The translations under genes were made by a program, and so were the position numbers. The notes beneath the pieces are model-generated. The model made no database searches. It was given only the letters and a program-made list of their open reading frames with translations, and was not told where the DNA came from. A stretch of DNA of 64,000 nt from Chiloscyllium plagiosum. Taxonomy: Eukaryota. The stretch covers positions 24,394,035 through 24,458,034 of the forward strand of contig NC_057718.1 of NCBI RefSeq assembly GCF_004010195.1. The letters are read 5' to 3'. This document shows, piece by piece, positions 26,172-37,283 of this stretch; positions within the stretch are counted from its first letter, which is position 1; every line of letters begins with the position of its first letter.

Positions 26172-26790
26172 GGATGGCAAAGGCCTAGTACAGATATACA
26201 ATCCTTTATCCGACACCCTCGGTACCAGCTGGTTTTCAGAATTCAGGATTCTTCGAATTTCGGAGTAAGTGACAGTTTAATGGTGAAATTTCATTAAAAA
26301 TCTTAATGAACAGCAAACGCATCCGTGAGTACTATGGGCCCTGAGACAGAATTGACGCCTGCCTGGGTCACGACCCCATGTCACATCTGAGTGCTGTGGG
26401 TTGAGTGGGTGTGGAGTTAGGTTAACAGTTTGCATTCCAAACAATCTTGTTAATGAGAAAAAAACTTCATGAAAATAGTTCGGATTTCGGATAAAGGATT
26501 GTCTACCTGTAATAATATCACCAGACTATTAATCCAAAGTTCAACTATTATCTGGGGACCACATGGATGGTGGAATTTGAATTCAATTAGAAAAAAAATT
26601 ATGTTGAAATAAAAAGCTGCTGATGACCATGAAACCGTTGCCGATTGTCAAAAAGATCCATCTGGCTCACTAACATCCTTCAGGAAAGGAAATCTGCCCT
26701 AGTAAACCATTCAGTTCTAGGGTAGCTATGGATGGGCAATAAATGCTGGCCAGCCAGCATCCTCCATGTCGTATGAGTGAATAAAAAAAT
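26172..26790 (+). mobile_element. tRNA-headed bipartite Zenon-derived SINE, split by the MITE
   Basis: Head ggcctagta|ataatatcaccagactattaatcc, body tggtggaatttgaattc, tail gatgggcaataaatgctggccagccagc...gaataaaaaa. Confidence 0.75.
26191..26509. mobile_element. Tc1/mariner-pogo (Tigger-like) MITE, 319 bp
   Basis: TIRs CAG(A/G)TA(T/G)ACAATCCTTTATCCGA. TA TSD at 26189-26190 and 26510-26511. Confidence 0.88.
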
Positions 26791-28022
26791 CTTCAGTAAA
26801 ACAAACAAAGCTCAAACAGCAAAGTAGTGTTGCACAGGTTTGAAAAATAGAAGTACATAAGAGATTTACTTTGGTGGACTTCACCAGTCCTTTGAATTCA
26901 AAGTAAAGTTAAATTCAGGAGAACTTTGTTTACAAACTTACTTTCTTTTAAGCTGTTATTGTAAAAAGCATTGTATCTCAAATGAAATGTGCAATTATTC
27001 AATTAAAGTAAAAGCAAATAACTGAGAAGCAGTAATAATATGCCTCAGGATCTTGACTTAGATTTCACCATAGAGGTACAGTGTCCAAAAATTGAGCTTT
27101 TTTTCTTCCTCAGATTGTTTTGTGTTTTAATTAACCCATTCTTATTTTATGTTATAGTACAATTCTGTGCTTTAAACATTTGGCCCTGAAATGTATTCCT
27201 CTGTTTCAACTATACCAGTGGACCCAGTGTTGTAGAAAATTTTACTCATTGTTTTTTATTTACCTAATGTTTCTAGTCAAATATCCTCCAACATGTAGTA
27301 GAATAAGCCCATATTGTTAGTAGTTATAAACACAATAATTCTGTAGCTCTGAAGAGTATGGCTATTATTCATCAAGTACATAGTTGTGAAAAAAAGAAAA
27401 GCATTCATTCATACTCTTCATATCACTAGCCCAGCAATAGGATCAATTAATAGAAATGCTGCAAGAGAGTTTTCAACTATTTCTTCTTGGTTTTACTTTA
27501 TTCCTTTCAGTGTCCTCAAAGGCTGTAGGAAAGATGCTCGTAAGGATTACTTTCCTTCATTGCCGAGGCAAAAGGAATTTTTTATAATGTGTCTTCCAGA
27601 TGTTAAATAAGGTGGCAAATATACATACATTATAAGAAACAGAAGGTCTGTATCCCACCCTTGGAAGATCAGTCACTCCTACTAGATATCAGAGATCAGC
27701 CTTTTTTTTTAAACTAAAATTCTTCTATCCTGCTATTTCCTTATGTCGCTAAATGAAAAATTATGCTTTATAATTCTATACTTTTAGCCGCCTTCTACCT
27801 TTATGACTTTAGCCAATAGTTCCGGAGAGTCCCCTGCTGTTTTCAGACAGAAGGACTTCAAGAGTATGCAATATATAAAGTGGCATTGGGTTCCTTGTGA
27901 AAATGTGTCAAAATATATAGTTCGCCTTCTATCGATTCATCTTGGTTGAATTTGTTTGTATTTGTGTAAATGAGTTATGATATAACATGCAAATTTTAAC
28001 CACTTCTATTTTTCTTTTACAG

Positions 28023-28073
28023 AAAGCAAAAGTGACCATGAAAGACAAGCGCGTTAATGAAACTTATCCTTAG
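28023..28073 (+). CDS. FMN2: Formin-2-like terminal coding segment KAKVTMKDKRVNETYP*
   Basis: Acceptor cttctatttttcttttacag|AAA is phase 0, matching the upstream donor. KAKVTMK resembles the human FMN2 ending KAKISMKT. Stop TAG at 28071-28073. Confidence 0.88.
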   Translation, partial: KAKVTMKDKRVNETYP

Positions 28074-29150
28074 AAATTAAAGAGTAGATACGTAACAGCT
28101 TTCCCTTCAACTTTTCTGTTTGTATCCATGTAACAGCACATATCACACTCTTTTATGTCCATTACATAGAGGAGATGTTATAACTTACAATTTTATTGAT
28201 GATTTTCAGCCATATTACTGTACTACTCTTTACATCTGTTATTTAAAGGGCATCTCATTCACTGACTGCATGCTCAATAGAGAAGCAAAATCTTCTGGGA
28301 AGTGTTTCAGAGCAAACTTCGGACCTGAGGGGATGCTGGGATTTTCAGGTCTTTAATCAGTAGCTAATGAGCTGATGACTTGTTGATGAGGACAACGCAA
28401 TCAGTGGTTGAAGTTGTTTGATCCTTCCACTGGTAATGTGTATTTTACATCAAATATATATATATATATATATCTATATTCCAGAACAGAATTAATGTAA
28501 TCGTTTGGACAGATTCTGAATTTTTGTCCAAATGGATAAACATGAACAATGCATGAGAAATAGAACAGTTATTTTCTTAAATAATACTTTATAACCCCTG
28601 ACTTGCTGTACTCAACAAGGTATAAGCATGGGCAAATTTCATCGTGAAGGGATAATCAACTCAATTAAAAGTTGCAAATATTTTGAATTTGGTTAGGATG
28701 AGCTGTGAAGGAGATTACAGGTTGCCTGTGGTAGACATTTCCTAATATTAAGGTGGAGCTTTGTCTGCTGGGGGTGATTTTGGCACTGAAATGCACTACT
28801 GTTCAGCTTTTACTAGGATTAAGTTCTAAAGCTATTATAATAACATTTATCTGTACACCTCATAGTTTTTTGTGTTTTTAATGTAAATTTGGTGTCTTAC
28901 TGCTGTTCATAAGACAAGATATTAAATTATTTAAATGTAGGTATATAACAGCATGTCGACTTTAGATTCTATTGTGTCAGGATAACTTATATTTGTATAA
29001 TGCTGTAAGTTGACAATAGTCTGTTAAAATCGCCAAGTGCAATACTGTATTTAGTATTTCTATTTGGAGTTTCTTTCCACAACTGTTAATTTATATAAAA
29101 TGTACTGTAGGTTTTTTCAGATAAATAAAATTTGACTAATACTCGTGTTT
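28074..29150 (+). other. FMN2: FMN2 3' UTR (~1.07 kb)
   Basis: AT-rich stretch after the stop with no recognisable TE, ending at AATAAA 29124 with a GT-rich downstream element. Confidence 0.65.
29124..29129 (+). terminator. Polyadenylation signal for FMN2
   Basis: AATAAA followed ~15 nt later by cgtgtttttc (GU/U-rich). Confidence 0.6.
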
Positions 29151-29235
29151 TTCATGGAATATTTAACTGTGTTGTGCTCTACTTATTAAATGCAAGAGTA
29201 ATGTTTCACTTGGAAAAAATACAAAATACTGTGGC

Positions 29236-29447
29236 TGATCAGGGTCATTTAGCTCAGTTTAGCTGGATGGCAGAGTGGTATAGAGTGATGCCAACAGAGT
29301 GGGTTCACTTACCACAAAGAACCCTTCATCACAACTTCTCCCCTCACCTGCAACGTGTTGACTATCAAGTTAAATGATTATCAGTCATTACTCTATAATG
29401 AGAGAGCAGCTCAAGATCTGGTAAGACTATGGTAACTACCTTTACTG
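29236..29447 (+). mobile_element. Degenerate tRNA-derived SINE
   Basis: A-box-like tagctcagtt and B-box-like gggttcac. Family not identified. Confidence 0.4.
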
Positions 29448-32321
29448 CAGATGATGCAAATCTGTATTGCAGGTAATTCTCATATAAAGTGTGTTCCGGC
29501 AGTATGATTTGGCTTTAATGTCACTGAAGAATTAAGGAATGGTTTTTTTCAAGAGCGCTTATCTCTGTTCGCAATAGCACAATTCCAGTGGGGATTGTTT
29601 CGCATGCTTTGTTCTGCACATGTGCCCATGTCAGCTGCCAGCAGGGTGAGAGAGGTACAGTACATTGAGCAGCTTCATCTCAAAAATTAAACTCATGAAT
29701 GTTCATTGTTGTCCCTCAGAGACATGAGTATTCTTGTATAAGCCCTGTATGTCTCCTGCAGGACTGCATTACTCTTATGCATACCATTTGCCTTTCTAAT
29801 TTGTTCTTGTACCTGCATATCGCACAATCTAAACCAACCCCCAAGCATCGACCATAGCCATCCACTTCTGCAATAGCAGCTACAACTGAAGGTGGTGGTG
29901 ATGATGACTCTCTGTCCCTGCGATAACAATATTTTTTTCAATGTAATGTGTTAAATTTACTTTTGTTTTGTTAATAAATATAACTTAAACCTTCTTTGTG
30001 TTGGGCTTTTGGGTGATTTTTGAGCAATCGTGAGTATTTTCTTTTGCTAGTCTGCACCAAACCCCACTTTTCCCAGAGGCCCCATATTTCTATGAAGTAC
30101 TTTTCTGTTAAGGAGATTTCACTGGAATGCAACTGAGGCATTATAGGAGAACTACCTGTAACTGATAAAATTCCAAATAGTCATTTAAGTGATAACTGTT
30201 TCACTCTCCATAGATGCTATCGGATTTGCTAGGCTTTTTATTCAGGCATGTTTTCCTTTAATCAAGCGTGAATAGATTTTTTTCATTTCTGCTTGTGAAG
30301 TAAAAGTAAAAACCCATTGGTTGCACTACAGCCTTTGTTTTCTTCCCAACATTTTCTTTTATGCAACATGACAACCTAAAACTGAAAATGCAGTGCTTAG
30401 TAAACTTGATGTCTCTATCTCCCAGATACAAATCAAGACCTTGCCAATAATTTGCAAGCAGTAAATCCATCCTAATCAGTTGACCTTAAGAGGAACCAGC
30501 AAGAAGCCAAACCAAGAATTTGAACTCTCAAATACAAAAGTTAGCAGTTAATGTTGCAATTCTCTTGAGATGCCCTAAGTGCAGTCTAACATATTTGTGG
30601 TTGAATTTATGGCATACTTTTATCACACATTCTAATCACTACACATTAACAAGAGGTTATGGTCTATAAATTAATCAAGTCAACAGCAGTAGACTGGACT
30701 GAAACACAAATGGACTCATTTGTCAATATTACCTGTGGTGATTGCACTAATCTGACAGAGGAATTGCTGATGTCACAATAATACACTAATGTTAATACAC
30801 TAGATACAAAATCTTAAAAGAAGGATAAGCAATCCATGTTGCGACAAAAGGATTTTAGCATACTAGAAGTCCATGCTTTTATGTTTGGGTCATCAATTGG
30901 TTTCTATTTCAATTGTGGTATGTGTCAACACTGAAACGTTTTTTTTGTTCTGTCACTTGATTGGTTTTGTGGAAGCACCTTTGTCTCAGGTTTTTAAAAA
31001 TAACTAATTTGCCACTTTGTATTTCAGGTATAGTTTTGTGCTTGAACACTGCACTCCCCCTCAGTGTTTTTGCCTTTGTGTGTTGTGTGTTTCCATATCA
31101 GTCCTGGTTTTCACACATTTACAAAGATTGCTTGTGCGAATTTAACAGGCAAGCTTTCAAAACAAACTTGAAAGGTACGAAAGCCACTTGGGGAGATTCA
31201 CTTAAAGGTTAGGAAACAGTAGGCATTGAATAACTTTTTTTTGGCAATAACATTCCATCACCATTTAGAAGTTTGAAAAACTTTTCTAAACATTTAAACA
31301 TAACAGTAAATTGATTTCCTGATCATCTTCACACGTGTTGCACTTTCAATATGACCACATGTACTGTTGGACGGAATACCTACAGCATAGGATTTTGTTT
31401 CTGTAGTTACTAGCTTCTTTTCCTTCTCATATTAAAAGTAATGAACTCGACCAAACAACTGTGTGCAGTTATTTTTTTAAAACACCAATCCACGTCTGTT
31501 TGTCAGACATTAACTAAACTATACACAATGATGTAAGAATTCACTTCTATGAAATAAAAGCTATAACTCTTCATAAGATATGTTTCTGCTAAATGGTCCC
31601 AAATGTAAAATGTGGGGTCAAAAAAAGAGGCAATAATTTTAAACATTTTATTGCCTCCCAATAGTCCACTATCCTTTTGGAATCAGGTTACTTGTATATA
31701 AAGGCATAACTCTGACTTCCTTCTGCTTTGCTGATTGAAAATCAAGTGGTTCTGTAGAATGTCAGTAATGAAAGTGGAAATATGAGCTAATTTCATTCAA
31801 TTGTGAGTGACCAATGTTTTAGTGATTGAGATTTGAATATGAAATGCAATCTTTCTTCATTTTCTCCTTCCAACATTTATAATTGAAGGACAACATGGAG
31901 AGTAGTGGTGATATTATTGCATTAATTAATGAAGGAAAATATTTGGTAACAGATCTTTCCAGTGTATTTTGAGAATATGCTAGCAACTATTTGCATATTA
32001 TTCAGATTTCCGGTCAACAATAATTATTATTTTCAGTGATAATTTACAACACTTGATCACATTGGCCTAACTCAAAATGATACATCACTTAGAGGCAATT
32101 CAGCCTATTATGGCTGTGCAAGCTGTTTAACTTGACTATCAAATTATTACCATACTCTTGTGCTTTTTCCCTTTGAAGATCACTCTGATTCTGTTTAGAA
32201 TATTACCACCACTAAGATAATTTATGTTCCCTTTCCTAGCCTCTGTGTTGGCTTCTGGTTATCGACTGAAACCCTCAGGTTTGTTTTTTCTTACCTTCAG
32301 ACTTAACTATTCCAATACATC

Positions 32322-32451
32322 GGGGAGGAGAAAGTGAGGTCTGCAGATGCCGGAGATTAGAGCTGAAAATGTGTTGCTGGAACTGCGCAGCAGGTCAGGC
32401 AGCATCCAGGGAACAGGAGAATCGATGCTTCGGGCATAAGCCCTTCTTCAG
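32322..32451 (-). mobile_element. Penelope terminus (single arm) with mutated hammerhead core
   Basis: Same sequence as the 19282-19410 arm. Minus strand CTGAAGA-A-GGGCTTATGCCC-GAAG. Confidence 0.85.
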
Positions 32452-32769
32452 ATTCTGTCAATAAGTTCAGCCCTTAGTGCAATATAATTCAGATCAAAAT
32501 GGTGTAAAAATAATTCCTCAGGTCAGCCCTGTTTCTGTTGTTGATCATTTTAGATCACTCTGCACTGGTTACCAACCTTGGTCCTGAAAATCATTTGTCT
32601 TACTCCCATCAAAATTGCTCATTATTTCGAGCACCCTTCTTAACTCTCCTCTTATTCTTCTGTGCTTTAAGGATTACAGCCCAAGCGTCTCCAATCTCTC
32701 CCTAGAATTGAAAAGCTATAATGCCTGGAGATATTTTGGTAGATCCACTCTACAGCTTCACCAAAACCT

Positions 32770-33020
32770 TGATATTGTGATTATGCCCTTTGGCCCTAGT
32801 CTGTCCCACAAGGTCAAATGACCTTTCTACATCTATCCTATCAAGTCTCTTACTTACATTGACTATTTCAAAAAGGTCACCTTTCATTCCTCTATATTCC
32901 ACTGAGTACAGGCCTAAGCTCCTCCAGCTTTCTTCAAAAGACACTCTCCATTTCTGTTATCTGTTGAGTGAGCCTTCTCTGGACTGCCTCCAGTATCAGT
33001 ATATGTTCCCTTGGATAAGA
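32770..33020 (-). mobile_element. CR1 LINE 3' fragment
   Basis: ORF 32750-32944: SFEESWRSLGLYSVEYRGMKGDL...TRAKGH. Confidence 0.8.
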
Positions 33021-35250
33021 GCCTTTAGTGTAGATTCCCCTTCAGTTCCTTTATACCCAAACAATGTTGTCTTTCAAACTTTCCCATTGCTAATGTTTGT
33101 TCCATTTGATCCTTGTCCCATTTTACTGCTTCAAATTGTACATTCCTTTCTTTTCTCCCATGTGTGTTTATCTGATGTCCCCTTACGTGAGTTTGATAGT
33201 TGGGTTTTGTGCCCAGTGTCAGCAATAAGAGACCAGCATCTTTAACTTGCCATTAAATAACTGCTGTTCTATTTGGATTGATAACCAGACAAGGAATAGA
33301 ACCACAGGAGAACTTGGTAACATTTTAAAGAAGTCTGTTATGATCTAGAACATGCTGTCTGAAAAGGTAGTCACAGCAAATTCAATAAAACTTTGGATTG
33401 ATGCTTGAGAAGGAAACACTTACAGGTCTGTGGGGAAAATGAGTGAGTATTAAATAACTCTGAGCCAGCACAAGCATGAGAGGACAAATGGCCTCCTTTT
33501 GTGCTGTGTGATTTTATGAAAACACTTGGTTTTGTATTCAAATTTATTCATGGCATTGCTCCAGTGTTTGTCTGAACTCCTGCCAATCCATCATTGCAGT
33601 TTACTTTGTGTATCATTTCAGCTATGGTCTATTATATGGTTTCAGTAGTTTCACCACCCATTCATGCCCACAGCCCCCTCATCCACAAATCCCATAACAT
33701 GATGCTTAGCTTGAGTATTGTTAATTTGTTAATTCCTTTACCAAAATTCCTTGAAATGCTATCACTTTCACTATGCTTTCTCTTCCTGTTCATTCCCCTC
33801 CTACTCAAAATCCTCCCAGTTAAGAGCTTCTGAACATTTAAATCCATGAAAAAGGCTAAAAAAAAAGTAGACTAATTGTAGGCAAACCTAAGTAAAGCAA
33901 TCTATAATGTTGAAACATATTGTTAAAGCAAGGATTATAATTGCATATTCCTCAAAGTCTGCAGCAAGAAAATATGTAGTATTTTTATGACATTGCGTAA
34001 TTCATTTTAACTCCTTAATTAGTCTGGTGCCAAAACAGCTTCCTTAAATAATTAATGCAACACATCTATCCATTGCACCAATTTCCCTCTGTCCACTCCT
34101 TTGAAGAGGAGGATTTTTATTTTAGTAACAGCAAATATTCTGTGCCTAGCAGCATATTCAGTATTAATCCTGTCGGTCTGTGGTAATACTGCCTTTAAGC
34201 TTTTTTATTCTTAAAAGTTAAGGGAAGAATTTGAGTGCACGTGCTTGGAGTAAGGAGGTAATTAAATGATATCTACAAAGAAAGACATGGTGTTTGGAAA
34301 AAGAAAGCCTTTTTAACATAAGTAATTTGCAAGGAATGTTTGCTAAGCATGGTTGATACAACCAATTGAAGTGATAAATATTTTCAGTCACCGGGAGGGG
34401 GAGAAAAGTTTGTTTTTAAAAAATAATTAGTATTTGGAAATTCATGTGCTGGGCAGACCAGAGCTCCGTTTTCAAGTAAACAAAACAAGTTGGACCAATA
34501 TGTTTCATTCACGAGTTTTACTGTTTTTTGATTCAGGTGAACCTTCTTGCCAGTTTCAAGTCCATGGCAGGGACATTGCCTATTTGGGATTCTCGACTAA
34601 ATTTGTCATCTGGTCATTTGGATGCTTAAGATAACAGGGCAGACTCCAACCATCAGTAGTGGCCCACAAATCTTCAGCCATTGTGAAAGAGATGTGGGTC
34701 TTAACTTCAGGCGCTCCCCTGTCTGTTAGACATTTGTGCCTGAAGAGGACTCAATTCCTAGGCCCAAAGGATGAGAAAAATTGGCCTTTATAATTTACAT
34801 GTTTCAAAACAGTTTTGGTATAAGCATGTAGTTCACGCACAGTTCAAATTGCCTGCAATCAGTTCTTAATCACAATCCTGGCCAGAGGGGATAGTCTCCA
34901 TCTGTATTTCATTGCCTGAAGTAATGGATGTTCAAGTCTTTTTGCACAGCACTCCCGTTAATGCCTCATCATTGTTGGTTGCTCTTCAGCAGCCTGGCAG
35001 GCACTTAAAGAGAAATGTTGGAGTTGGGACCCACTTGTTGGAAACTTACCAACACTAGAGCACAAATGTGTGCAATAGTCCAAAATATTTCCAACCATGA
35101 TACTTGAATCCTCAGAACTACTATTGTAAATGTATCTTCAGCAGCAATTCCCAAATTTGCAATCTCTACCTCCTGGAAAGGCAAGGACATCAAATGCATA
35201 GGAATGACCCCAGTTTCCCCTCCAGGTGTCACACCTCCTTAGTTGAGCAT

Positions 35251-35832
35251 TGTGAAGATACTATGGCTTTAAGAAGTGTATTTTGTCTTTTTTTTAATTA
35301 TGAAAAAAAGTTGAGACAGAGGATGGTGAGCAATTTGCTCAAAAGCCAATAAAGAGATCAGGTTGTGAAACCTTGGATTTTTTTTTTTAAAAGTCAGAAC
35401 AATAGAAGCAGCCTGAATGAGTGAGGAGGAGTTAAGCTCCCACAGAACCAAGGCTTTCTTTATCGTTAGCCTTCAGTTGCAGTCTCTAGGGTCTTGAAGC
35501 TGCGTGTGGAAGCTCTTATACTTTCTGTTATAGTGAAAGCCGGGGTTCTCTTTCTGATGCCAGAATTGACAAGGGGATGTTTTGGGATGTTGAAGCAGTA
35601 GCAGTTAATAGATTATTTTATTAAGCATTTTGGTACAGTTACAGTTAAACTCATCCTTTTATATTTTGTCTGTATTTTAATTATAGTGTATGAACAAAGT
35701 GTGTTTTAAGTCTGGTAGATCAACCAATCAAATTGCATCTGGAACACAACACATTAACGTTTTCTTATTTTGAAGATAAGTGTAATATTTAGACTACAAT
35801 ATATTTTGAAGGCATTTTGTCTGGTCCATAAC
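35251..35832 (+). mobile_element. Possible solo LTR inserted in a Zenon-like tail
   Basis: Starts TGT and ends ggtccataac. Interrupts tail sequence that runs 35130-35250 and resumes at 35835-35990. Confidence 0.4.
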
Positions 35833-36977
35833 CTGGATCTAGAAGTATTATTTCTCCATCATTGCTAGGAAAAATTCTGGAATATATCTCAAACAGAAGT
35901 GACTACAACAATTCAGAAAAGCAACTCCACACCTCATTCTCGAGGATAGTTGGGAATCATCAATAAATGCTGACCTTGTCACGATGCCCCATGGAGAAAT
36001 TCCATCAAGTTTGACGTCTGGTCCTCATCTGCTTGCTTCAAGTACATGCTAAGCTTTCTCCCCTAGGAGAACACCAGAAATCACAAACCAATATGAAATG
36101 AGTGGAAACCCACCAACAATTGTAAGGAAAACAAAATAAATTATTATTTGATTGTGAAACACTGAAACCCACTGTAAAACTGAAATATTTGCTGAGGTCA
36201 TCTTGTGGCATGACAGTAGCATCACTGCCTCTGATTCTGAAGCTCTGAATTTATACTCCGTGTCCAATATTTGATTGCCACGGTAACTGTATTTGTAATG
36301 TGGCCCATTGATTATCAATGTACAAAAATTTCTGATATATCTACTGCAGGCATTAGCAATGAGAGTGTCTCCTGGTCAGTTGAGTTTGATACTGAGCGGT
36401 GACCTTCAAGAATGCAGCCTTTACTGACAAGCTAGAGACCTGTGCTGGAAAAGTGCATGACATCTTATAATAATCATCTGAAAACTTGAGTTCTAAAGTG
36501 AACAGGATCAGCTTTTTAAAGTTGTATTCTGTGTGTAGTTTGTTACTTTTTTTTGAGTTCTGAGAGTGGTATTCAGTTGTCTGACTATTTGTTTACATGT
36601 CTATATTAACTAAGGCTTCATATATGACTCCAAGTTAATAATTCAATGCTTTAGAAAACAAAGGTCAAAGATGCAGGAAGAAAATGGATTGTTGTCTAGC
36701 AACAAGGTGCACTATGGCACACTGAGACAAGACAAAAGCAGGCTTCCCCTTGAAAAGAGGGAGACATCGAGAATATTTGTGAGTGCCCACCTTGACCAGG
36801 TTCTGCTCTTCTCTCCAACATGAATTTCCTTTTGAATCATTTATCTTGTTCTCTTTTACTGCTTTTTGCTTTCATTTGTTCCTCCATCCCCCTTTTAACA
36901 GCAAAACCATAACCATTTTCCAAACCCTTCCAGTTCTAAAGAAAAGTTGCTGGACTTGAAATGTTAGTTTTTTTTTT

Positions 36978-37283
36978 AAGATTCCCTAATCTGTGCGGAA
37001 ACAGGATCTTCGGCCTAACTAGTCCACACCGACCCTCTGAAGAGTAACCCACCCAGACCCATTCCTCCTAACTAATGCATTTAACTCTACGGGCAATTTA
37101 GCATAACCAATTCACCTAACCTGCACATCTTTGGACTGTGGGAGGAAACCAGAGCACCTGGAGGAAGCCCACGCAGACACAGGGAGAACGTGCAAACTGC
37201 ACACAGATAGTCGCCCAAGGCTGGAATCGAACCTGGGTCCCTGACACTGAGGCAGCAGTGCTAACACTGAGCCACCGTGCTGT
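36978..37283 (-). mobile_element. HE1 / V-SINE
   Basis: Reverse complement of the 6054-6402 family. Confidence 0.9.

Noticed and set aside
32790..33245. 151-aa hydrophobic ORF
   Set aside because: Largely antisense to a CR1 fragment.
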